The notes: a model not told the origin generated them from the sequence alone. Positions 21,298-32,161 are shown, counted from the stretch's first letter. The stretch: DNA of 64,000 bases from Candidatus Poribacteria bacterium (GCA_965205025.1 CBDBFU010000014.1:64001-128000); one strand, 5' to 3'. Numbers and translations: made by a program.

Positions 21298-22218
21298 ATG
21301 TCTATAAAATATTTAAGAGTGTTATACTGTATAATAGTTTTACTTTACTCAGTCAATTTACTCGGTTGTGGTTCTGATGATATTGATGATGAAGAACCAA
21401 CAAATAGTCCACCTAAAGTTGATGCTTTTATTATTCCCAAAGAATTCAGTCCAGAAGAAATACTCGAATTTAGGATACTTGCATACGACGATGATGGTGA
21501 CACATTAAGTTATGAATGGTCTGTGAGTGCAGGAAAACTTGATGAAACCACTGGAACAAAAGTGAAATGGACTGCACCAACAGATGTTGAATCTGTTACT
21601 GTTACTGTTTATATCAGTGATGGAATTGGGAAGTCCACAAAGAGAGTGAAAAAGATCCTTAATGAGGCGTTTATTGAACCACCACCTATAGAAATCGCCT
21701 TTGACCCTACTCCAGATCCACCATTAAATTCTATTGTACCCGGAAAAGGTTGTTTTGGAATTAAACTTGGGGATCCATATAAGAAATTAATTGAAGTTCA
21801 TGGAAAACCTGACAATCCTCCAGATAAAATCGGTTATTTCAGTTATAATCAACAAAATAAAGGATTATCTGGATTCCTTGATGGTATAGATTTGATAGAG
21901 GATCTGTTCTTAAGGCATCCTAATAAGGCAAAAACTGCCGGTAAAAATGGAATCAGGAGTAAACTTGAAAATGTTGAGAAAGAACTTGGAAAAGCACAAG
22001 AAGTTGATAATAATGACTTTGGTGGTATTAGGCATTGGTATTGGCGAAAGGGAATTGAATTTACATATGATGGAGAGAACAAGGTGGAAAGTATTTTCGT
22101 CTTCAAACCGATTGGTATAGCACCTTCGGCAAACGGTTTGCCTTTACATCAGCAACAGCAAATACAAAAAGAGATCTTTAGAGTCTTACAAGGAAAAGAA
22201 TTCATCAAGTCTCAGTAA
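21298..22218 (+). CDS. Lipoprotein with an Ig/PKD-like domain
   Basis: Lipobox LLGC, D.DGD.LSY.W Ig-like motif, Pro-rich linker. Confidence 0.7.
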   Translation: MSIKYLRVLYCIIVLLYSVNLLGCGSDDIDDEEPTNSPPKVDAFIIPKEFSPEEILEFRILAYDDDGDTLSYEWSVSAGKLDETTGTKVKWTAPTDVESVTVTVYISDGIGKSTKRVKKILNEAFIEPPPIEIAFDPTPDPPLNSIVPGKGCFGIKLGDPYKKLIEVHGKPDNPPDKIGYFSYNQQNKGLSGFLDGIDLIEDLFLRHPNKAKTAGKNGIRSKLENVEKELGKAQEVDNNDFGGIRHWYWRKGIEFTYDGENKVESIFVFKPIGIAPSANGLPLHQQQQIQKEIFRVLQGKEFIKSQ

Positions 22219-22344
22219 TTGCGATTCAATTGTATAGGACTTACGATTTTTTAGTAAGGTATTAAACACACGACATATTCATAGAAAACTGTTTCACTGA
22301 CTCTAAATATACCATATTCATATTTCTGTTTGTTTCGTAGAACT

Positions 22345-24408
22345 TTACTTATTTTCTTCTTTAGATTTGTCATCTTTTGAAGCTAATATCAAAGCACATC
22401 GTGCTGGAACATAAATCTGAATAGACTGAGTTTGCCCATTTAACGGAATATCTTGCCAAGGATAATGTCTCCCATCTACCAAACCGTTACCCCCAAAATC
22501 AATGTCATCAGTGCACAAGATTAAACAATAATCCGTTCGATCTGGTATAGGGACACGCCAATCTGATACTGAGTTAGTTGGATGCAGATTAAATGCAAAA
22601 ACAAGACTTCCGCGTGAAAAGACAATCTGTTTTGCATCCTCATGGATTAATAACAGCTGAATGTATTCATCGGTCAGTAATTGGTATGTTTTCTCAAGAT
22701 GATGCATAGATCTATCAAACATGTTCAGATGCTTGTAGTACAATGTTTCATCATCCACAAGGCTCCATTGTCTTCGCGCATACCAGTATGAATGATTATT
22801 TCCAACGCGCGGAAAATCTATCCACTCTGGGTGTCCAAATTCATTCCCCATAAAGTTAAGATAACCCTCGCCCCCTAAACTAAAAGTCAGCAGACGTATC
22901 AACTTATGCAATGATACACCCCGAGCAATTCTTAGATTTGAGGAAAAGACACTCATATCAGTATATAGTTCTGCATCCATCAATTGCATAGCAAGGGTTT
23001 TATCACCTACAATACTCTGATCGTGGCTTTCAACATAAGCAATATGTTTTTCTCCTGATCGGCGGTTTCGAAGCATGTCATAAATCTCACCAATATGCCA
23101 GTCATCATCTTTTCTTTCTTTCAACAATCGAATCCAATAATCAGGTATTCCCATTGCTAAACGATAATCAAAACCGATCCCACCATCTTCAATAGGTCGT
23201 GCTAAACCTGGCATTCCACTCATGTCTTCTGCAATCGATATACCCTCTTGATTCACTTTATGCAGCAATTCATTCGCTAACATCAGATATACAATAGCAT
23301 CCAATTCTATATTTGAATCGAAGTAATCGTCATAAGAAGTGAATTCACGCCCAAGGCCATGATCGTTGTAGATCATACTTGTAACACCATCAAATCTGAA
23401 TCCATCAAATCGAAAATTCTCTAACCAATAACGTAAATTACTAAGAAGAAATCGTTGCACTTCATATTTACTGTAATCAAAACATAATGAGTCCCATGCA
23501 ATGTGTTCCCTCTTCACACCAGAATGAAAATATTGATGCTCTGTCCCATCAAAGAAATTCAATCCCTCGTTAAGATTCTTGATTGCATGGCTGTGCACTA
23601 AATCCATTATAACCAGTAATCCCATTCCATGGGCGGTATCAATCAATTCTTTGAGTTGTTCAGGTGTACCAAAACGACTCGAAACAGCAAAATAATTACT
23701 CACATGATACCCAAAACTACCGTAATATGGATGTTCCATAATTGCCATCAATTGAATAGCATTATATCCTAAATCTACAATACGATGGAGTATGTTATCT
23801 GTAAATTCTGTAAATGTCCCTACCCTTTCTGCTTCCTGTGCCATACCAATATGTGCTTCATAAATCCGTAATCCATCCTTCTCCATATTAAAACAGGGAT
23901 TAGTATTCTTCCATTGATATGAACTCTCTGGTGCCCAATATTGTCCCACAAAATCTGTATCTCTCTCCTGAATAACCCGTTGGATATAAGCCGGAATCCT
24001 ATCCATAGCTCCGTATTCTGAGGTCACATGCACTTTTACACGTCCACTATGAATAAATCTCCGTATATATATATCATCAGGTAAGAAAGCGTTCCAGATC
24101 CCCCACTCATTAACAGTCATAGGGTTTGTATCTCGGTTCCAATCATTAAAATCCCCAATCAGAGAAAGAGAGTGTGCTCCTGGTGCCCACTCCCGATACC
24201 ATACCCCTTCCTGACCATCGTTTTCACCACGATTAAATCCAAAATAATGATGTCCTTGACTTATTTCACCTAATATACCTCCTGTCTTTTCAATCTGTGT
24301 TTTGACACGTTCAAAGTGTTTAACTCTATTTGTGAATTGAGGAGTATAAGGTCTTAGCAAAGGATCTGATTCTATTAGTGGGATTCGGGAAGGATTGTGT
24401 TCTTTCAT
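22345..24408 (-). CDS. glgB: 1,4-alpha-glucan branching enzyme (GH13_8-like)
   Basis: YREWAPGA, IYEAHIGMA, FDGFRFDGVTSM, IAEDMSG, YVESHDQ, FMGNEFGHPEWIDFPR. Confidence 0.93.
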   Translation of the reverse strand: MKEHNPSRIPLIESDPLLRPYTPQFTNRVKHFERVKTQIEKTGGILGEISQGHHYFGFNRGENDGQEGVWYREWAPGAHSLSLIGDFNDWNRDTNPMTVNEWGIWNAFLPDDIYIRRFIHSGRVKVHVTSEYGAMDRIPAYIQRVIQERDTDFVGQYWAPESSYQWKNTNPCFNMEKDGLRIYEAHIGMAQEAERVGTFTEFTDNILHRIVDLGYNAIQLMAIMEHPYYGSFGYHVSNYFAVSSRFGTPEQLKELIDTAHGMGLLVIMDLVHSHAIKNLNEGLNFFDGTEHQYFHSGVKREHIAWDSLCFDYSKYEVQRFLLSNLRYWLENFRFDGFRFDGVTSMIYNDHGLGREFTSYDDYFDSNIELDAIVYLMLANELLHKVNQEGISIAEDMSGMPGLARPIEDGGIGFDYRLAMGIPDYWIRLLKERKDDDWHIGEIYDMLRNRRSGEKHIAYVESHDQSIVGDKTLAMQLMDAELYTDMSVFSSNLRIARGVSLHKLIRLLTFSLGGEGYLNFMGNEFGHPEWIDFPRVGNNHSYWYARRQWSLVDDETLYYKHLNMFDRSMHHLEKTYQLLTDEYIQLLLIHEDAKQIVFSRGSLVFAFNLHPTNSVSDWRVPIPDRTDYCLILCTDDIDFGGNGLVDGRHYPWQDIPLNGQTQSIQIYVPARCALILASKDDKSKEENK

Positions 24409-24669
24409 AATGTTTAGGTATTGAATAGGTCGTTGATATGGTATATCTTGTCTTTCAAAGGTAGAAAATATGTTAACTTGCTATAAGTAGGGAAAATGTT
24501 TGATTATAGAAACAATTGATGGTTGTGTTGAAAGTTTTCGTCAGTGCGTCATTACCATACGAGATCTTTACATTGCTAAGCAGAAGAATAAGTGCAGCAC
24601 AGTTATTTCTAACTCATAAACGTCCCATCAAGGTTTGGGTTGACGGAAAACTTGTATTTTAGCAAGTAA

Positions 24670-25386
24670 TTATCCAGCTTCGCACAGACACGCATTTACC
24701 GGACAAATTCCTGAAACACAGAGTTCCTTGGTTGGAAATGTATTAGAAATAGAGGATAGAGTGGATTCGGATGAAGACTGTCGTAATTCTATGAAGGATG
24801 CTTTTAAAATTGAAATGGCAGATTTAAGAAAGATTACTGTAATTAACAATCCTACAACTAAGTCCGGTAATTTGGACTGGGTTATAGCAACCAGACCTGC
24901 CGCTATAAAAACACTTGAATTCGCAATTATGTCATTCCGTGAGCATACCCACGTTGAATGCATATTTAAATCATCTGTTCTGTGTTTTGATAATAGAAAC
25001 AGACAACCTGCATTTGCGATAAGAGCAACAATACTCATAAGGAACATGAAACTTGATTCTGGAACACCACCAACAAAGAATTTATACCCGCTTTGAATTA
25101 ATACACCAGTACCAAATATTGCCATAATACTGCCTTTCAAAAAGGCAGAACCGGTACGCCATCGATCGCTTTTTCCAATTGCATATAGACTGAATCCGTA
25201 AACAAGAGTATCACTTAACATATCAAGTGAATCTGCTTGCAAAGCAACAGAGCCTGCAAGCAATCCAACTACAAGCTCTAAACAAAACATGGCTCCGTTA
25301 ATGGCAAGAACAATCCATAGTGTCTTGGATTGTTGTTCCTGAAGTTCTTCAAGTTCACCTGATTTATCGTGACAACAATTATCCAT
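24670..25386 (-). CDS. Cation diffusion facilitator family transporter (TM domain only, Cys-rich tail)
   Basis: SVALQADSLDMLSD, WVCSRNDII; N-terminal CCH and C-terminal LCVSGICPVNACLC. Confidence 0.85.
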   Translation of the reverse strand: MDNCCHDKSGELEELQEQQSKTLWIVLAINGAMFCLELVVGLLAGSVALQADSLDMLSDTLVYGFSLYAIGKSDRWRTGSAFLKGSIMAIFGTGVLIQSGYKFFVGGVPESSFMFLMSIVALIANAGCLFLLSKHRTDDLNMHSTWVCSRNDIIANSSVFIAAGLVAITQSKLPDLVVGLLITVIFLKSAISILKASFIELRQSSSESTLSSISNTFPTKELCVSGICPVNACLCEAG

Positions 25387-25524
25387 ATAACCTTTCTGTA
25401 CTCTATTGATATTGATTTATTTCATAGTGGGTGACATGCTAACATTTCTGAAGGATATATTTCAACCCAACTTTAACAAGGTCTATACATTTCTTCTTTA
25501 CACATGCTGATGCAGAATCTTATC

Positions 25525-25672
25525 TATAGTAAACTTTAAATTTAATTAGATACTTTACTTGTAGGAGCGACCTCCCGGTCGCGACCAGGAGGTCGCTCCT
25601 ACAGAAGAGGTGTGGGACACAAACGTTAATTGAGCCAATAGAAAATGTAGTATTAATTTTATTATTTACTAT
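25525..25672. repeat. REP-like GTAG hairpin inside an AT-rich inverted-repeat shell
   Basis: GTAGGAGCGACCTCC...GGAGGTCGCTCCTAC (25561-25602) flanked by TATAGTAAA...TTTACTATA. Confidence 0.75.
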
Positions 25673-25738
25673 AAATACAACGAAATAACATTTTTATAGC
25701 TAAATAAACTAATTTCTCTTAATTTTCTGTGATTCCTG

Positions 25739-26956
25739 TTAGTAATACATCTGAAAAGAGGAGAAGAATAGATTGGGATATGAACCGAACTCGGATTGTA
25801 GACCAAATTGATTATCTATAGGACGTTTTCCAATGCTTAACAACCCACCAACAGAGATATGTAGATCTTCAGCAACATTATAAGATACTTGTGGAATAAT
25901 AGTTGCTGACTGATCAGACATATTGAATAATATCTGACCACCCATATTAATCAATGGATTTAGTTGATAACTCATTCCTGGTGCAAGGTAATGAACACCG
26001 AATAGATAAACACCACCTACCATGTATGCAGGTTGGCTAAGATTGTCAATGTAGTTATCTGGGTTCAGAGTTCCTGCCCCATTAAAATGATACTCAATAA
26101 ATGTAAACAACGACCCATTAAAAGAATAATCCAAGCCAATTGAGGATCGTAGGTAATTATCTGAAGCAGAATTCATATCCATAAGTGGTTCAGTAAATAC
26201 ATAAGCGGTTTCCAACCAAAATCCTGCTCCACCAATTCCCCGAGTAATGTCTATCCCAGCGAGTAGATTTCTTTGAAATTGGATAAGCGAAATAGAGAAA
26301 TCTGTTTCAATAGCATTGAGTTGTGTACGTAGAAAGAGGGCACTCTTGTCATAGTCGAAGTTTTCACCGATAACATATCCTGTATCCACCTCACCCAATA
26401 CACCGATTGGAATTCGGATACGAATTGCATCTACACCTACACGATCTTCAGTATCCAATTGGTCAAAACTAAACGGGGCAACTACATCTGTTGGGTTTAT
26501 AATCCTCGCACTCCCCCAGGCTATGGCATCTCGTCCAATTGATATGTCAGCATATTCAGTACTATAATTTAGTGATGCTCTATCAAGATTATGATAGATA
26601 CCAACATTTCCAATCGGATCATCATCTACAGGATAGATCAAGGAATCTGATTTCGAGATACGGTATCTGCTTGATGAAATACCTACAGCAAAAGGAGAAT
26701 TAGAAAAGAAAGACAGGTCTTGAATTCGGGGTGATATATCATAAGATAAGGATAAGGAAATCACATCAGTTGGTACATAAGATAGATTAACACGGACACG
26801 ATTTACAACCGCACCTATTAGTGGTTCATTGTCTTGAGGAAGGTCAAGAGTAGTAAAAAAGTTCTTGTAATACCCACCAATATTAAGGTCAGCAGTTACG
26901 ATATTTACTTGAAAAATCAAAATTAGACAGAAAACATATCGAATTAGTGCTTTCAC
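25739..26956 (-). CDS. Putative outer-membrane beta-barrel protein of the ABC operon
   Basis: Signal peptide, LDRA...IGR.AI.WG..NPTD, DR.GVDA motifs, aromatic C-terminus. Confidence 0.7.
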   Translation of the reverse strand: MKALIRYVFCLILIFQVNIVTADLNIGGYYKNFFTTLDLPQDNEPLIGAVVNRVRVNLSYVPTDVISLSLSYDISPRIQDLSFFSNSPFAVGISSSRYRISKSDSLIYPVDDDPIGNVGIYHNLDRASLNYSTEYADISIGRDAIAWGSARIINPTDVVAPFSFDQLDTEDRVGVDAIRIRIPIGVLGEVDTGYVIGENFDYDKSALFLRTQLNAIETDFSISLIQFQRNLLAGIDITRGIGGAGFWLETAYVFTEPLMDMNSASDNYLRSSIGLDYSFNGSLFTFIEYHFNGAGTLNPDNYIDNLSQPAYMVGGVYLFGVHYLAPGMSYQLNPLINMGGQILFNMSDQSATIIPQVSYNVAEDLHISVGGLLSIGKRPIDNQFGLQSEFGSYPNLFFSSFQMYY

Positions 26957-26968
26957 AACAAACCCATA

Positions 26969-27667
26969 TTATTTCGTCTCATCAGTCTCTATTTTACCAT
27001 CGCGTAGTGTTATTAGCCGATGTGCACTATCCATGACCATTGGATCGTGTGTGGAAAAGATGAATGTCATACCAGTTTCAGCATTTAATCTACTCATCAT
27101 ATCCAGCAGGTCTGATCCAGTTTTGGAATCCACGTTTGCTGTAGGTTCATCAGCCAATATAATCTCAGGTTCAGAAACCATAGCGCGTGCGATTGCAACT
27201 CTTTGCTGCTGTCCACCAGATAGTTGCGTCGGCAGCCTATCTTCAACACCTTCCAAACCAACGGATGCAAGCATAGAAGTGACCCTTTGATGGCGTTCAG
27301 ATTTTGGAATACCTGCCAGAAGCATGATATATTCCACATTTTCCTCAACTGTTAATACAGGTATTAGGTTATATGCCTGAAAAACAAATCCTATATTATC
27401 ACGTCTGAAATCCGAGAGTTCTCTACCACTCATTTCTGACAGAATTTTCCCAGATAGCGTAACTGTTCCATCCGTTGGGGTATCCAAACCGGAGATAATG
27501 TTAAGAAACGTTGTCTTTCCGGAACCAGATGGACCGACCAAAGCTGTAAATTCTCCAGTATTAATGGTTAGATTAACACCGTTAAGAGCGTTCACAGGTA
27601 TTCCATCTGCCTCATAGACTTTGGTAACATCTTCAGTGATAATAACTTTCTCTTTTGTTTGTTCCAT
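26969..27667 (-). CDS. ABC transporter ATP-binding protein (LolD/MacB-like)
   Basis: GPSGSGKT, LSGGQQQRVAIARA, ILADEPT, STHD. Confidence 0.95.
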   Translation of the reverse strand: MEQTKEKVIITEDVTKVYEADGIPVNALNGVNLTINTGEFTALVGPSGSGKTTFLNIISGLDTPTDGTVTLSGKILSEMSGRELSDFRRDNIGFVFQAYNLIPVLTVEENVEYIMLLAGIPKSERHQRVTSMLASVGLEGVEDRLPTQLSGGQQQRVAIARAMVSEPEIILADEPTANVDSKTGSDLLDMMSRLNAETGMTFIFSTHDPMVMDSAHRLITLRDGKIETDETK

Positions 27668-27676
27668 TTTAATTTC

Positions 27677-28906
27677 CTAAAAGCTACGCCGCATTGCATC
27701 TACAGGGGTCATTCTGGCAACATGCCAAGCTGGATATAAGCCGGCAATAATAGTGAAAATAAAGAGAGATATCGGAAATAATATATACTGCTCTAACGTT
27801 AATACCGGATAGATGAATTCTTGTAATGTAACCCCCATCATTTCAATACCTGTATAATTAATTCCAAAATGACTAAATGTTGTCGTTAATAAAAAACCAA
27901 TAATTCCACCAAGAACAATACTTACAATTGCTAAGGAGGCAGCTTCAAATAGAATTAGTCGTGCCATACCAAACGGTCTGGTACCAACTGCACGTAGTAC
28001 ACCAAACTCAAACATCCGTTCATACAACGACATAAACAGAGTATTGATGATACCAAAGACCACTACAACGAATAACAGAGCACCTACTATATATTTACTA
28101 TATTCAACCATATCAAACATTGCTTGTAGTTCAGGAAGAATATCTGTCCAACTTAATACTTCGTTTTCGTATTCAGAATATGTATCCCAAAATGCTAAAT
28201 CTGGGTTTTGTCCGTGTGAAGCCGATTTGAATTTAATAGCAATTTCGTGCACATTATTTTCAAGTGCCAACATTTCTTGTGCTTTATGTAACCGAATGAA
28301 CGCCATTCCACTATTCATTCCTTCATCTGCAAAATAGTAGATACCAGATATTCTGAACCAATCTTCAAAATAATCTCCACTACCTGCCTGAGCTACCGTG
28401 ACAACCACCTTATCTCCTAACCCAATTTCTAACGTTTCAGCGAGTTTATTCCCGATGACAATATCATGCGGGTTAGTCTCTTCAAAAAAAACTCCTTCTA
28501 TTATCCTATCATCAATCTGTGAAAGGTGTATCTCTCTTGGTGGATTAACACCAACAAGATTAATAGCACTTGTATTTGCAGATGATACAATCATGCCGGT
28601 ACTAAAAGTTCGTCGTGCAAAATTATGAACGATTGTCTCTTTAGCTAACTTCGAGGTTATCTCATCAACTTCCTGAATCGTCATTGAAACATCCTGTGTA
28701 TCACGATAATCCTTGAAATGTATTTGTGCGTCACCCAGAAATGAGTCAGTAGCAGTCTTCGCTAAAATATCACTCATTCCTAACATAAGTGCATCAAGAA
28801 AAATAAGGGCAGCAAGACCTATTCCTATAGCAATAGAGGCAATAAATGTGCGACGTTTATTCCGGAAGATGTTCTTCCAAGCAAGTTTTACTAAAATAAG
28901 AAACAT
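27677..28906 (-). CDS. ABC transporter permease (FtsX/LolC-E/MacB family)
   Basis: LAWKNIFRNKRRT, ERMFEFGVLRAVG, GLYPA. Confidence 0.92.
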   Translation of the reverse strand: MFLILVKLAWKNIFRNKRRTFIASIAIGIGLAALIFLDALMLGMSDILAKTATDSFLGDAQIHFKDYRDTQDVSMTIQEVDEITSKLAKETIVHNFARRTFSTGMIVSSANTSAINLVGVNPPREIHLSQIDDRIIEGVFFEETNPHDIVIGNKLAETLEIGLGDKVVVTVAQAGSGDYFEDWFRISGIYYFADEGMNSGMAFIRLHKAQEMLALENNVHEIAIKFKSASHGQNPDLAFWDTYSEYENEVLSWTDILPELQAMFDMVEYSKYIVGALLFVVVVFGIINTLFMSLYERMFEFGVLRAVGTRPFGMARLILFEAASLAIVSIVLGGIIGFLLTTTFSHFGINYTGIEMMGVTLQEFIYPVLTLEQYILFPISLFIFTIIAGLYPAWHVARMTPVDAMRRSF

Positions 28907-28915
28907 AGTCTATCC

Positions 28916-30130
28916 TTAATATGTCCGCATCGCTCTTGCAGGTATAATCCGTGCAGCCTTTATCGCCGGGAATAGGCTAACAAGGATTGCGGATAGTATA
29001 ACAGTTATTGCTGGAATAACCAGACTTGCAGTAGTAACAGCACCGTAGAGTGTTTTGATTTTCATTCCCCCAAAAGTTATTTCAGTAGGATATGTTATTC
29101 CATAAACCGAGAAAAGATAGTTGATTACTGTTCCGAGAATTGCACCAACACATACACTCCCTATAGCGATAATAGTGACTTCTGAAACTACTAACCCGAA
29201 GATCTGTAACGGTTTTGTACCAACAGCCTTCAAAACACCATATTCTCGAGTTCGCTCCAGCACTGACATAAGAACTGTATTAAGCACACCAACGGCAACG
29301 ATAAACATTATAATCAGACGACTAATCGCATCACCCTTCCTATCGGTTTGCATTGCAACATAAAATGATTTTGCAAATACTTGCCAAGGAGCAATCTCAA
29401 GTTTAGGATTGTTAAGGCTATTTTCAAGACTTGATAGAGTTTTAGTAACACGATTTATATTTGAGACTATTACGACTATTTCATGAATCCGTCCTTGTAG
29501 AACAAATAAGTCTTGAGCATCATCAATATGTAGATAACAGGTTGCTCTATCTGATAAATCATCCCCACTCTCAATAGTGCCAACAATTGTGTATTCATCA
29601 TTGGCAAGTGAGCCATCCGCTGCTTGTGAAAAGAATGCTATCTTACTCCCCACCGAAGCTGATAATCTCTTTGCAAGTCCTATCCCAATTACTGCTTCAT
29701 GTGATGCAGTTTCTGCTAAAGTTTTGCCTTCAACCAACTTCTTGTCAAAGTTTGTCGCTTGATTCTCTCTGATTACATCAATCCCAACCACTCTTACAGC
29801 GGTACTTTTCTCATTCACCGAAGCCAGACCTGCCGCATACACACGTGGTGTCCATTCTTCAACATTTGCATTGCTTTGGATAGTTTGTCCGATAGATTCA
29901 TAGTCAGTTATAGTATTATAAATAGTTGGTTTATCAAGATAACCGGCGGAATGGACTTGAATATGTCCCATCCTGTTTCGGGTGAACATATTAATTATAT
30001 TCGAATACGCACCATCAGAGAGACCTATGGTAAGAGAGGAGAGCGTAAAACCAACAACCATTGCAAGTGCGGTTAGAATTGTTCTACGTTTTTGACGGAA
30101 GATGTTTCGGAAGGCAATTTTAAGAATCAT
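28916..30130 (-). CDS. ABC transporter permease (FtsX/LolC-E/MacB family)
   Basis: IAFRNIFRQKRRT, ERTREYGVLKAVG, LFPA. Confidence 0.92.
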   Translation of the reverse strand: MILKIAFRNIFRQKRRTILTALAMVVGFTLSSLTIGLSDGAYSNIINMFTRNRMGHIQVHSAGYLDKPTIYNTITDYESIGQTIQSNANVEEWTPRVYAAGLASVNEKSTAVRVVGIDVIRENQATNFDKKLVEGKTLAETASHEAVIGIGLAKRLSASVGSKIAFFSQAADGSLANDEYTIVGTIESGDDLSDRATCYLHIDDAQDLFVLQGRIHEIVVIVSNINRVTKTLSSLENSLNNPKLEIAPWQVFAKSFYVAMQTDRKGDAISRLIIMFIVAVGVLNTVLMSVLERTREYGVLKAVGTKPLQIFGLVVSEVTIIAIGSVCVGAILGTVINYLFSVYGITYPTEITFGGMKIKTLYGAVTTASLVIPAITVILSAILVSLFPAIKAARIIPARAMRTY

Positions 30131-30195
30131 TTCGGTTTTTTGAATAACCTACAGAGAATTCAATCAAAATTAGGTCATTTGGAAGTTAATACAGT

Positions 30196-30765
30196 CTAAA
30201 AATAGGCATGTATACCTGCACCAATATATACACCAGCCTGATTTTTATACAGGGAACTGGAATTTTCTCTTCCAACTCCTTGACCGATTGACATATTTAT
30301 ACCCAGCGGAATCCCCCCAAGTGGAAAAATCAATTCACCACCGAAAGAAATTCCACCTGCCAGTGTAGTGGCTTCGGACATTTCCACATGATTATAATAA
30401 TATTTATCTCTATAGAAACGCCATCCACCTTCTAAGGAGAAATAGAGTCGTGCGTGGTTCCATTTGCCTTTATATTCATAGATTGCATAAGAAATACCGG
30501 CACCTAACATATTATCGGTGATTTCATCATCAAGGTAAAAACGGCCTACGGCTTGTAGGTATACTGGGGCAAGGCTATTATAGCGTAGACTAATACCTCC
30601 AAATGAAGGAGTTGCACCATGGGCACCAATACCGAATGTTCTTGTAAGATCAGCTGTTTCCGCATGAACTGTTGAACTCATTATTAGGCAGATAACAACA
30701 TAAAATAGAGTAGAATTATAGATTATTTTAAAAATACATAACGAGTGTTGTTTACTATTGGTCAT
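30196..30765 (-). CDS. Small outer-membrane beta-barrel-like hypothetical protein
   Basis: Signal peptide (VHA/ET), amphipathic strands, C-terminal GAGIHAYF. Confidence 0.65.
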   Translation of the reverse strand: MTNSKQHSLCIFKIIYNSTLFYVVICLIMSSTVHAETADLTRTFGIGAHGATPSFGGISLRYNSLAPVYLQAVGRFYLDDEITDNMLGAGISYAIYEYKGKWNHARLYFSLEGGWRFYRDKYYYNHVEMSEATTLAGGISFGGELIFPLGGIPLGINMSIGQGVGRENSSSLYKNQAGVYIGAGIHAYF

Positions 30766-30780
30766 TATTGTAGATTACCC

Positions 30781-31611
30781 TTAAAAGTTACTTTTTTGTA
30801 GATTTCGGCGACTAAAGATTGTATCCTCAATTTTGGTATCGAATTTTCCATCATTCCAACGGACAATGGTTTTATGTCCTTTTTTATTCTGTGGTATCAT
30901 TTCCATCACTGAAGGAATAGTCTTACTTCCAAATGTTTTTATATCTTTGTAATTAAGAATTCGCATTAATTTACCTTTTTCATCATAGAAATGCTGCCAT
31001 ACTGGTAAAAAGTCTGACGATCTGACAGCAGAAATAATTTTTCCCCAAACAATTGTAGAATCTTCATTTGGGATAAGTTCGATATAAATTAAATCCGGTG
31101 TAGCATCCTCAGGCGTAATTAACTTATATGTATAATCTTCCTGCATTGATGATTCTTTGACTAAATCGTCATTAGAAAAGTCTGAACCCATCCATGATCC
31201 CATCATCATCGATGGTGAAATCTTCATCACCTTTTTTATTTTTGGTAGATAGTTCCACATCTCGTTTTTAATACGTAAAGTCGCAACACCCCGTTCTTTC
31301 TTTGGTGATGTAATTCTTATAAATGTTCTATCCATCCCCTTTGTCCAGACCAACATTTTTAATGTGCGTTCGTAATGTGGGGTTACAATATGCATCTCCA
31401 TATCTGCATAACTTGTCTTACTACGATATAATTGATCTATGAAATTTACTATCTGCTCAACTTCTTGTGTGGATTGTTCCTTTCCTATTGCACTGATAAT
31501 AATCGAAAACAGTAAGATTCCACAAACAATAGAGAATAATGGCAGCTTTTGTTTCCTGATAAAAAGGTTATACTTCCCTTTAATTATTGAAGAAGAGTTT
31601 GATCCGATCAT
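30781..31611 (-). CDS. Outer membrane lipoprotein-sorting protein (LolA-like fold)
   Basis: W.YLP.IK..KIS.SMM..SWMGSDFSNDD signature. Confidence 0.88.
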   Translation of the reverse strand: MIGSNSSSIIKGKYNLFIRKQKLPLFSIVCGILLFSIIISAIGKEQSTQEVEQIVNFIDQLYRSKTSYADMEMHIVTPHYERTLKMLVWTKGMDRTFIRITSPKKERGVATLRIKNEMWNYLPKIKKVMKISPSMMMGSWMGSDFSNDDLVKESSMQEDYTYKLITPEDATPDLIYIELIPNEDSTIVWGKIISAVRSSDFLPVWQHFYDEKGKLMRILNYKDIKTFGSKTIPSVMEMIPQNKKGHKTIVRWNDGKFDTKIEDTIFSRRNLQKSNF

Positions 31612-31916
31612 TAATTCCTCCTTATCAGCCGATCTAATCCAACTTTGTCATTTCCCTCGGCATACTTTAAAAACTCCATATCCTTTATATGTGGTTCAAT
31701 TTCATAGAGTTGGAATCGAATCTCACCTAAATCCTCATTTATTTGGTTTAAATCTTCTTCGATTTGCTGATATTTTATCTGTGAATTATTGGGATGATAC
31801 CCATGTTTTTTAAGTGCACGTGTAGTGCCAATTCTAACAGTAAGAAGGACAGTAATCGTTATACTTCCCATTACTATGAATGTTAGGATAACAAAAAAGA
31901 ATATAATATTTGACAT
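31611..31916 (-). CDS. Small single-TM coiled-coil protein
   Basis: N-terminal hydrophobic helix followed by a heptad region; coupled to neighbours. Confidence 0.65.
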   Translation of the reverse strand: MSNIIFFFVILTFIVMGSITITVLLTVRIGTTRALKKHGYHPNNSQIKYQQIEEDLNQINEDLGEIRFQLYEIEPHIKDMEFLKYAEGNDKVGLDRLIRRN

Positions 31917-31924
31917 AGTTCTGT

Positions 31925-32161
31925 TTACTCACTGATACCTTTAGCAATTTTGATAAGTTCTTGTATCTGGTTCTTAAGTGCATCTGTTTCTTTACGGATT
32001 TCAGATACTTGTTGCTGCAATGCGAAAAGTTCACGATCAGACGCACCTGAGCGAAGACCTCTTTTCTTTTCAGAGTAGGATGTTCCCATCCAAACGCATC
32101 CAAGCACGATGAATGCTATTGAACCACATACTATCATTACAATTACGACAAGTCCTTGCAT
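31925..32161 (-). CDS. Small single-TM coiled-coil protein (PspB-like architecture)
   Basis: TM helix plus LQQQVSEIRKETDALKNQIQEL; SD AGGAGAG upstream. Confidence 0.7.
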   Translation of the reverse strand: MQGLVVIVMIVCGSIAFIVLGCVWMGTSYSEKKRGLRSGASDRELFALQQQVSEIRKETDALKNQIQELIKIAKGISE

